Of a stretch of 64,000 nt of DNA, positions 53,780 to 64,000 are shown piece after piece (the first letter of the stretch is position 1; each line of letters begins with the position of its first letter). The DNA lies in the NCBI RefSeq assembly GCF_902652985.1, contig NC_047028.1:10168001-10232000 (forward strand), written 5' to 3'. The notes beneath the pieces were generated by a model. That model was not told the DNA's origin. It made no database searches and was given only the letters and a program-made list of their open reading frames with translations. A program made the translations under genes and the position numbers. This DNA is from Pecten maximus (taxonomy: Eukaryota).

Positions 53780-54003
53780 ATTGAATCTGACAATGATTCG
53801 TTATTGGATAAACATGTTTCCCGACTCGATGCGATTGTTTATCATTGTTATCCGACTCTTGTTAGTTAATTATCTAATTTTGAAAGGACACTCGCTAAAG
53901 CTCGGGACTTTCCAAAATTAGAAAATTAAACAACTCGAGTTGGATAAAAATGTTAAACAATATCCACTCGTTGCGGAACCTCATTCATATGATTTTATTT
54001 ATA
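53780..54003. mobile_element. Fold-back/MITE-like palindromic element
   Basis: ~53-bp imperfect arms (53834-53886 and ~53907-53960) flank a central CTCGCTAAAGCTCG loop. Confidence 0.7.
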
Positions 54004-54234
54004 CACTCTTGAATAAATCCCTGTACGAATGAAACACTCAGCATTCACTATTGTGTCTCAGGTAATTCTACAGATAACATCTTATGCTGATTAGATATAA
54101 ACTTAATTTTAGGAAAATACACAAGTTAAAATTCTTATAATCAAGATTCTTGGAGAATGCCCCAATTTTGTCTGTGTTCTCAATCTTAGCATTACTTAAT
54201 TACATACACACAGAAGCTACACTCTCATTGGCTT

Positions 54235-54838
54235 ACCTCCGCTCTTCCTGACTCCTCCAGCTCTCCTCACATACAGTGATTGATCAATACTGACTCATTC
54301 AGCTCTCCTCACATACAGTGATTGATCAACCCTGACTCCTCCAGCTCTCCTCACATACAGTGATTGATCAACCCTCACTCCTCCAGCTCTCCTCACATAC
54401 AGTGATTGATCAACCATAACTCCCCCAGCTCTCCTCACATACAGTGATTGATCAACACTGACTCCTCCAGCTCTCCTCACATACAGTGATTGCTCAACCA
54501 TAACTCCTCCAGCTCTCCTCACATACAGTAATTGATCAACCATAACTCCTCCAGCTCTCCTCACATACAGTGATTGATCAACCATAACTCCTCCAGCTCT
54601 CCTCACATACAGTAATTGATCAACCATAACTCCTCCAGCTCTCCTCACATACAGTGATTGATCAACCCTGACTCCTCCAGCTCTCCTCACATACAGTAAT
54701 TGATCAACCATAACTCCTCCAGCTCTCCTCACATACAGTGATTGATCAACCCTGACTCCTCCAGCTCTCCTCACATACAGTGATTGATCAACCGTGACTC
54801 CTCCAGCTCTCCTCACATACAGTGATTGATCAACCCCG
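54235..54838. repeat. 42-bp minisatellite (CTCCTCCAGCTCTCCTCACATACAGTGATTGATCAACCCTGA), about 14 copies
   Basis: Direct tandem array. ORF 54295..54816 is its translation. Confidence 0.97.
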
Positions 54839-55607
54839 GTTCCTTTGACTCTTTATTCTCTATAATTGGTTATATGCTAGTTTTAGTATCATGTTACTAT
54901 AGTTTTTAACTATAAATATTTAAAAGAATAATCTTAAAATCTTAAAATTGAAAATATAATATGTATTTTCTAAATGCGATCCGTAATGAGCAACTGAACA
55001 AGTAGTCTTGATATTGAATGATGATATAGTATATGTCAATGCAATATAATATAATAAAACACATTTTTTAAGATCTTTGTCCTTCAACTTCCTTAAAATA
55101 TATTAGTAAACAATATTAAACGATTAGCGTGTAGGCATACAGTGTTAGTATTATTCCACTTGAAAAACATACGAGAAGGGAAAATTTTTTTGTATGTGTT
55201 TACCTCATCCACACATTAGAGGCAAACCACATGATACATATAATTTATTATCAAGTGGACCAATATATTCTTAAACATGAACGAGACAAGTAAAATAGCA
55301 CATGCTATTATACAGTAATAAGGTCCCGCGTACCTTAAAATGGCATATCATTACAGTTATACAAACATAGGTAAATCGGACGCATATGCTTACGAACATA
55401 TGCATCTTATTTCAAAAAAGGAAACAATAATTCACCAGAGACAATTTTTTCTTGTAAGCTTTATCGAAACACTAAAGTTAGTGTCATATTAGCATATAAA
55501 TGTAGATCGGAGATCCGTCATACCGTACAAAATGTATACACATATATTGAGTTAGAGCATATGTTAAAATTAGAAACACGCACAGCAAATTTTTGTGAAC
55601 AAACACA

Positions 55608-55677
55608 TGACGTCACCGTTATCTCCCTTATACATTTACTCCGAAATAACTATTTTTAGAACTCGGTGGGAATACCC
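55608..55677 (+). promoter_or_regulatory. CRE + kB-like sites upstream of gene G
   Basis: TGACGTCA at 55608-55615 and GGGAATACCC at 55668-55677, about 60-130 bp before the ATG. Confidence 0.55.
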
Positions 55678-55737
55678 AATACGTTTAGAAATGACCTGTT
55701 TAAAGAAATCAGAGTTTAGACCCAACCACCAGGAGGA

Positions 55738-57914
55738 ATGGAAAATACCGACTTTAGTCGCTGTAGAAAAACAGCCATCTATCATAGCATGAAAAACGTC
55801 TTAAAAGTGAGCGCTCTAGGAAATATCATACTTTTACTGATATTGTTGTGTTTGAAATCTTTGTTACCGTGGGCTGATGTAGCCTTACCACCGCCTACCA
55901 CTGCCTATCGAGGCGCTCAAACAGAAACAACCAACGTTGGAAGCGGAGCAGTTTGCATAGCATGTAGTTTCTATGGCAAAGACTTTCGGACCACTCTCTA
56001 TGATAATATCATCACAACAAACAGCAATGTCACCTTATGTTGTTTGGATAATGACACCTTTATACAGGATGTCATCTTAGAGGTATGTGACAGAAACAGA
56101 CAATTAAATAATTATCTGGGTTATCCATCCATTTGAATTGTTTTCATAAATTAACACGGTTAAAATGTTTAATACATTTGCCACAATTATCATCTAATTT
56201 CATATTATTTTAAGGCAACGACCGAGTAGGCCCGATGATTTAAGTGTTGTTAGGTGTTTCGTTTGAGACTCATTGATTTTTGATGACTTTTGTAGCTGAT
56301 TGAAAGCGTGTCAGTTTATAAAGAATTTTATTTGAAAAGACTGAATCTTAAACATTTGAATTATCTGTATTAAACAGAATTTAAAGAAATAAGTTACTTT
56401 ATAAAGATTTCATGAAATAGTGATATGCATTGAAAGATAAAGCGGCACATTTGAGCGTTTTTTTTATCTGACTATCTTTTATAATGAATGGCTGGAAAAT
56501 TGATGGAAAGCTTTGTGTATGGTTGTGTATATCTCAAAAGAGAAAAAAACAACTTGTACAGAAACCATTCTGTTATTACAGTTGGCTGACTCACCGGGTA
56601 ACCAATATGTCTATGAAGGACGTAAGTTTGTGATTCTATTTTACTACTGTTGGTGATTTGTTCATAAATATTAGCGCTTCATGAAAAAAATATACTCTGG
56701 CTCATATACAATATCGCTATCTAGGGTAAAAAGGGCGAGCGAGTTTTATGTTACATATCCATACTGATTATTCAGCAGATACAAATGTACAATATCTATC
56801 GACCATCAACCATGCTAATGTAGTAAAATGATTATATCCATTTGCATTAATATTTGCTCTAATATAATTTCCTTCCAGAATCAGTTCACAAACTAAATTG
56901 GTGGACTGAACGAAATTATGCTGCACATCTTTATGCTGACTACCGTTCCGATGACAGAAGTATGTATTTACTTCAAATTAACGTTATGGTTGATGTTAGT
57001 GGTAACTTGGTTTATTGAGCTTCAAATCATACAATGTTGAAGTTACTGTGATCGGTGACCTGATTTATGGAGCTTCAAATTATACAATGTTTTGGTTGAT
57101 GTGATTGGTGAACTGGTTTATGGAGCTTCAAATCTTTGACACAACTATGCACAATTATCAAATATCAACGTACATGTAGAACTATCGGTTGGGAATAATT
57201 TATGGGGCAAATGTTTTGTTTGTTTGTTGTTTTTTTTTCTTCTTCATTTCATTGATTTCGTTTCATCAAATCACATTCAGATATTAAATAAGAAGTATCG
57301 TTGATAGGCCTTATATTCTATTAATGAGAACAGATATTTGTGTGTGTTGTTATTTTGAGGTGAAGTTATCCAATCTAGTTTTCAAACTATCAGAAACATC
57401 AGAATAGAAACGTATTACATTGTAATCATCCTTAACAGGTATAACATCATATCGTATTTGTCTCTGTTTCAAAGCTTTAACATGGACCACCACAAGACAC
57501 AGTACGTCATTCCTACGAAACCTAAAACTGTCTACTGACGACAAGAGGAAACTGACCGTCCCTGATACAGCTGGCGCAGGCAATTACTTCGTATATTCCA
57601 TGATCACTTTTGATTTCCTTAACGAAGCAATCATTAAACACAAACAGATAATCACACACATCATTCATAAATCTAACAATCCACTAGGAAACTATGAAGG
57701 AAGAGATAATTGGCTTTGGCATTCGACATTCGGAGATGAGGATATGTCTACACGACAGACATCTTATCTCAGTGGTGTTATAAGTCTAAGCCCGTCGGAC
57801 ACCATTTGGGTAGAAGCATTCTCATTCTCCCGAATAGAACGTGATTCATCAGCAAAATATATCGATGTCTCCTCGCTATACAATAACTTTTTTGGAATGT
57901 TTAAACTAGATTAA
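55738..57914 (+). CDS. Gene G: TNF-superfamily ligand-like protein, 301 aa. Exons 55738-56082, 56582-56621, 56879-56959, 57475-57914
   Basis: GT-AG introns with phases 0/1/1, 906 nt in frame. TM ALGNIILLLILLCL, CIAC…LCCL, NWWTERNYAAHLY, LTW, GAGNYFVYS, TSYLSG, NFFGMFKL. Confidence 0.9.
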
Positions 57915-58955
57915 ACAAATTGAAGTTTTATTAAAATCACAGACATTCGAAATGTTACCTACTTCCACCAATGATGCAAGTAAATTTCATATTTTGTCTA
58001 TTGTATACTTGTATACATAATTGCAATATATCTTTCTCCTGCTAACGTTAATTTATATTACTGGTTTATATAGACGAAACATCAGTGTTGGTGGTGTTGC
58101 TCTATTTGCCTGTATGAATATGTGCAGTGGGGAAGAAAATATTTCAATGGTTAAAGATAAAAACAACTAATTTTCTTTTTTTAATTTAACTTGTAAGGGA
58201 AAATGCGTATCATAAACGTATGTATTTCAAAGATATTACAGTTTTTAACTAACATTTTAATTGCATATTGAAATCCAACAAGGCAATACATATGAGATAT
58301 TAAAACTCCAAATGAAAAATTAGACGCGATTGTGTTTGATCAAATGACTTGTTTTAAATCACTTCACCTTATTTACCTTACAATTTAGAATTTTATTAGA
58401 TAACAATAAAACAATGTGTAGTTATCAAGGTAAAATTGATTTACAAATGCTAGTCTATGCTTAAAATAAAGCTAAAAATATTAGTTTGTAATTACCAATG
58501 ATAATTAAAACCAATCCTTACAGTAACATACAGAAAATATACAAATAATAATATAGGCATTGATAAATAATATTTGCTAATTCTATATTTTATCTTCCTT
58601 GTAACCCCAATAAATATAATTACATAACAGTAACATACACAACATACACAAAAGATTAGATAGGACTTGATTTTTATGGGCACTGTAATATTTTTTTGCC
58701 CAAGATCTCCCTATATCTGACTGGTACATATAAAATAAAATTGTACAACTGTCCACAGCGGTGTCTGTGTAGTGTAAAACACCAACGTGACCTGGATTTG
58801 CTCACCACACCTCAGCAGGTTTGGTTTTCCCATTTAATCTATTTTTAGCGTGTGTGAAAACCAAATGTATTAGGCAGTCGTCATATCCAGTGTTATCCGC
58901 TGTCGATTCGACTCATCACACTATTGTTGTATATATGACTGTACAATGTTAAGTC

Positions 58956-61900
58956 ATGGAGGACGTTACCAAGAGTAAGTGTTATATTAGGTTAAAACTG
59001 GCATATAAGGTGTCCATGGTACTCAATGTTGTGATTGTTATGGCACTGATTTGTCTGTATCTAACACGACAATTTTATGACCGTAATCTGCAGGACACTA
59101 CACTTTTACAGCAGTCACATGTAGATACAATACCCGACACAATATGTCTGTCCTGTTCTTATTTCGGTGAAGCGATTCAGACCGAGGAAAATGTTTTATA
59201 TGACAACATATTTAAGACACAAGGAGGCCATCTGTGCTGTTTCCACGATGAACATGGAATTCAAGATATGTTTTTAAAGGTAAGTTGGTTATTTCATCTT
59301 TTCTGGTAGATCTATAAAGCTGTGCATACAAATGTTGATAAAAATAAAAATCTGTTCCAAATCGCAAATGTATTGCCGATTGTTGTTGAAAAAAAATATT
59401 ATAGTATGCCTATTTCTAGATAATCAAGCGTTCTATGATAATGTATAGAACAGATAGAGTTTCGGGAAAATTCTATCAACATTTTATATCATTTTTCCTA
59501 GCAAGGTAAATGAGCTGTTCCTAGTACTGTAATTATTTTCGCCTGTAGTACCATTCAGCTATAATATTCATATATAATATCGAATTTAATCTTTACTTAA
59601 CGAAATAATGCTTCAATAACTAATGTTAACATGTTCATGTATTTCTATATAAAAATCTTATACAGAATTTAATGGATGATACGTTTTGTCAGTTTGATGG
59701 ATGATGGGCGAAATCATATTTTTTTAGTTTGAAATATATTGCTAGTAATATTTACCCATTTTGACAGATGCTGAACGAAGAAAACATGAATGAATCATCA
59801 TCTTCATCAGATGAAGGTATGTGCAAAGCCATTTAAGAATGATAGTATTTTGTCATTTGAATGATATCATTATGAAATATAACTTTGAATATTATCTTGT
59901 TCCAAATTAATTAATTTTCCTGTATATTGTCAGGGTAATTATGCAATACCAAATCGTGTGAAACTATTTGCTGAGTACCTTGTAGATATAAAATAAGATA
60001 CACACCCTGAAAAACAGCGTGGAAATGTCATCAAGAATCATGAGAACATTTCATTTCAGTGTTCTTTCAGAAAGTTTTATGTTTTAATCAAAGTATTTTT
60101 ATAATATTTCCATTCGATAAGGGGTGACCCGAAGGATGCAATGGTGGCGAAACCGGGATTTCTCTGCTCATTTATACCGTGAATCTACCAATATACCTGG
60201 TAGGTATTTTATTTATACGGTTACTCTATCAATATACCAGGTCAGTATAACATTTAAATCGTTACTCTATCAATATACCAGGTCAGTATAACATTTATAC
60301 CGTTACTCTATCAATATATCAGGTAAATATAACATTTATACCGTTACTCTATCAATATATCAGGTAGGTATAACATTTAAATGGTTACTCTATCAATATA
60401 TCAGGTAAATATAACATTTATACCGTGCTTCTATCAATGTAGCAAGTAAGTATAACATTCATAGAGTAAGTTTATCGGTGTAACAAGTAAGTATAACATT
60501 TATATAGTGAGTCTATTGATGTAGCAAGTAAGTATTACATTGATATAGTGACTTTATCGATGCAAAAAGTAATTATAACATTCATACAATGTCTCTATCG
60601 AGGTACCAAGTAAGTATAACATTCATACAATGTCTCTATCGAGACACCAAGTAAGTATAACATTCATACAATGTCTCTATCGAGGTAACAAGTAAGTATA
60701 ACATTCATACAATGTCTCTATCGAGGTAACAAGTAAGTATAACATTCATACAATGTCTCTATCGAGGTAACAAGTAAGTATAACATTCATACAATGTCTC
60801 TATCGAGGTAACAAGTAAGTATAACATTCATACAATGTCTCTACCGAGGTAACAAGTAATTATAACATTCATACAATGTCTCTATCGATGTAACAAGTAA
60901 TTATAACATTTAAATAATGTCTCTACCGAGGTAATAAGTAATTATAACATTCATACAATGTCTCTACCGAGGTAACAAGTAATTATAACATTCATACAAT
61001 GTCTCTATCGATGTAACAAGTAATTATAACATTCATACAATGTCTCTATCGAGGTAACAAGTAATTATAACATCCATACAATGTCTCTATCGTGGTAACA
61101 AGTAATTATAACATTCATACAATGTCTCTATCGAGGCACCAAGTAAGTATAACATTCATACAATGTCTCTATCGTGGTAACAAGTAATTATAACATTCAT
61201 ACAATGTCTCTATCGTGGTAACAAGTAGTTATAACATCCATACAATGTCTCTATCGAGGTACCAAGTAAGTATAACATTCATACAATGTCTCTATCGTGG
61301 TAACAAGTAGTTATAACATTCATACAATGTCTCTATCGAGGCACCAAGTAAGTATAACATTCATACAATGTCTCTATCGAGGTAACAAGTAGTTATAACA
61401 TCCATACAATGTCTCTATCGAGGCACCAAGTAAGTATAACATTCATACAATGTCTCTATCGAGGTAACAAGTAGTTATAACATCCATACAATGTCTCTAT
61501 CGAGGTACCAAGTAAGTATAACATTCATACAATGTCTCTATCGTGGTAACAAGTAGTTATAACATTCATACAATGTCTCTATCGAGGCACCAAGTAAGTA
61601 TAACATTCATACAATGTCTCTATCGTGGTAACAAGTAATTATAACATGCATACAATGTCTCTATCGAGATACCAAGTAAGTATAACATTTATATAATGTC
61701 CTTATCGATGTAAACGCGTAACGTTTTGCAGATATTTCATGCACATGCAACTCAACCTCGGGACATGGATTAATACAAACTACATAAACAATTCTTATAA
61801 TACAGTCGTAGAAATCATGAGAATGTGTCCTTGCAAACTGATCAATGAATATGGTATGTGATAATTTCCAAAAGAAATGTGCGTGTGAGTGGTGTAAAAT

Positions 61901-62670
61901 ATTGTGCGTTTGAGTGGTATTGTATATTTCCATAAGCTATACACAATCGTCTATTACAACCATTTGACCATTTGAGATTCAATTTTATCTTTTACATTAA
62001 AAAGAATTAAATAAATTACATCCGGAAGGAACTGTCATACTCAACTCAATATTGACTTTTAATTTGTAATTTTCGATCTGATATGCCATCATTTTGGGAC
62101 ACTGTTATTATTGTTGTTCTTTTTATAATTTGTAGGTTTTTTGTTGGTGTTGATATTCTTGTAAACATTCCATTTTAAGCAGTTTTGTGGCAAATAGTGT
62201 GTACACTCTCGGCGGTATACATGTAGCGTGTTGATACAATGTCATTATATTTTGCAGGAAGTGATATGACGTGGACTTCTAAGGATTTTTTAGGAACTGG
62301 CTTCATCAGAAATTTAACATTGTCCGAAAAGTCAAAAATCCAATTGGACGACGGACTGGGAGCAGGAATGTATTTTATATATTCTTTGATCACAGTGACA
62401 TCTAACAATCCCTCAAGGCGTCTCCCAGAGGGTGCTCATATTATAAACAAATCTAATAAGGAAGTGTTAAATAATATCCCATCCAGTCTGGCATTCAGAC
62501 GTTTTGGTGGAAATAACAATGAGAAAAATGACTCTTACACTAGTTTTCTGTGTCTAACGGAGTATCTGAATATAGGTGACGAAATTGAAACAAAGCTAAC
62601 AATAAAAAATGTGTCAAATTATGGAAACGGTGGAATGTTCTCAAATTACTTCGGAATGTTCAAACTATAA
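58956..62670 (+). CDS. Gene H: TNF-superfamily ligand-like protein, 287 aa. Exons 58956-59279, 59768-59816, 60122-60199, 62258-62670
   Basis: GT-AG introns with phases 0/1/1, 864 nt in frame. TM VSMVLNVVIVMALICLYL, CLSC…LCCF, QWWRNRDFSAHLY, MTW, GAGMYFIYS, TSFLC, NYFGMFKL*. Confidence 0.88.
60169..61710 (+). repeat. 41-bp minisatellite (~37 copies) starting inside gene H exon 3 and filling most of intron 3
   Basis: Units start at 60169, 60210, 60251, 60292 and so on. Later units read CATTCATACAATGTCTCTATCGAGGTAACAAGTAAGTATAA. Confidence 0.95.
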
Positions 62671-63714
62671 TATTGCAAATCGTGATACTTTAATACGCAA
62701 GGAGAGTCAATCTCGAATTGAAAGCCCATGAGGTTATTTGTTTGATATCAATGGTACCCATTTCCGTTGACTATATAGAATGACCAAATCACATACATTA
62801 TATATCACTTAAACGACATGCCCATATTGCTGACTAGTTGGACATAATGGCGTCATTCATATGACAGCTATACGGTCGGAGATTGAGTTGGAAAATTTCG
62901 ATGCTATTTTGTGTTAATGCTGGGATGACTTTAAATTGTATGAAACGAAGCGAAATAAAATACTGCACAAACATATCTGGGCAATTGAGGTCATCTTCCA
63001 TGCATTGTGAATCACTGTTGAATTGTTTTATGTGTCTCACATTCGAGGATTGTTCCCAGTTGTAAGCTTCTTAAGTCCATGTACTATACATGGGTGAGCT
63101 TGTCTATTCTCTGGTACGCATCACATGCCTTAATCACATTGCTTTTCGTGTAAAGTCACATGAATCACAAGAACAATTTTGATAAGACACATAATATTGA
63201 CGAAACCCCTATCTGATTAATCATGGAATATAGACGGTTCCCCTATTTGATAAGACACAGAATATATACGTACCCCTTTTTGATAAGACAGAGATTATAA
63301 ACCGATTATAACAACCCATCCCAACCCCACCCCACCCCAAAGTCAGGACATATGAAACCAGGTGTTCTTGAATAATATACATAACAATATATAACTATTG
63401 TTATATAACTACAGCCTTTACTAGAGTTAAACAAAATGATACTCCAAATTACCTTTAATGGTGTCCAGCATTTGACTTAGCGTGTCATTTCTCGTGATAA
63501 ACATAGAACTACTTAGTAATATATCTTTCTCTATATCTTCACGGAATGCCATTGCATTTTGGTTCAAACAAACGTATACAGAAAAACAATACTCGCAGCA
63601 CAGACAAACACTTTGTCGAAACAGTCAGTGATTCTAATAAAGAAAATGCCATACTTTTACATTGCATAGGTAAAATAATATATATATATGGTAATATGCC
63701 AACAAAACTTTTAT

Positions 63715-64000
63715 TATGGTATGTGAGGGTGTGGTATGTGAGGATGTGTGGTATGCTTTGTTGTGTGGTATGTGAGGGTGTGTGGTATGTGAGGATGTGT
63801 TGTGTGTGAGGGTGTGTGGTATGTGAGGGTGTGTGGTATGTGAGGGTGTGTGGTATGTGAGTGTGTGTGTGTTATGTGAGGGTGTGTGTTATGTGAGGGT
63901 GTGTGTTATGTGAGGGTGTGTGGTGTGTGTGGTATGTGAAGGTGTGTGGTATGTGAGGGTGTGTGTTATGTGAGGGTGTATGTTATGTGAGGGTGTGTGG
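63715..64000. repeat. GT-rich ~20-bp tandem repeat (GTGTGTGGTATGTGAGG variants), runs off the window end
   Basis: Seen directly. Confidence 0.93.

Noticed and set aside
54295-54816. 173-aa repetitive ORF (VRRAGGVxVDQSLY)n
   Set aside because: A 42-bp unit that happens to be stop-free in one frame, with a non-ATG start and no supporting splice or expression signals.
19916-62670. Assigning vertebrate symbols (TNFSF10, FASLG, EDA, etc.) or calling the genes C1q-domain proteins
   Set aside because: Orthology cannot be determined by eye. Type II topology, AAHL/W and the terminal FGMFKL favour TNF over C1q (no signal peptide, no FSGFL end).

Overview
AT-rich, intron-containing eukaryotic (invertebrate) DNA. 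The repeat landscape (CR1/L2-type LINE, Penelope-like GIY-YIG fragments, SINE/MITE fragments, long minisatellites) suggests a bivalve mollusc, which is an inference. The window is dominated by a head-to-tail (+ strand) tandem array of TNF-superfamily ligand-like genes, invisible as whole ORFs because they are spliced. I reconstructed the models by hand from GT-AG sites and intron phase. Four intact 4-exon paralogs (C, F, G, H; 285-301 aa) share a type II TM anchor, a CxxC...CC stalk module, a WW..AAHLY strand-A exon and a C-terminal TNF homology domain (THD) ending N[YF]FGMFK[LI]. One 4-exon paralog (D) carries two +1 homopolymer frameshifts, and one (E) is a truncated exon-1 relic. A divergent 3-exon ligand (A, ~461 aa) has an unusually long Cys/Tyr/Pro-motif cytoplasmic tail, and a paralog of A (B) keeps that tail and the TM but stops right after the membrane. 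NF-kB-like, CRE and IRF-like motifs lie upstream of several copies. The 39-50 kb region is a mosaic of local duplications that triplicated one promoter, and one intronic minisatellite appears to have grown out of an exon end plus its splice donor. No prokaryotic features, RNA genes or CRISPR arrays were seen. The gene models lack transcript support.
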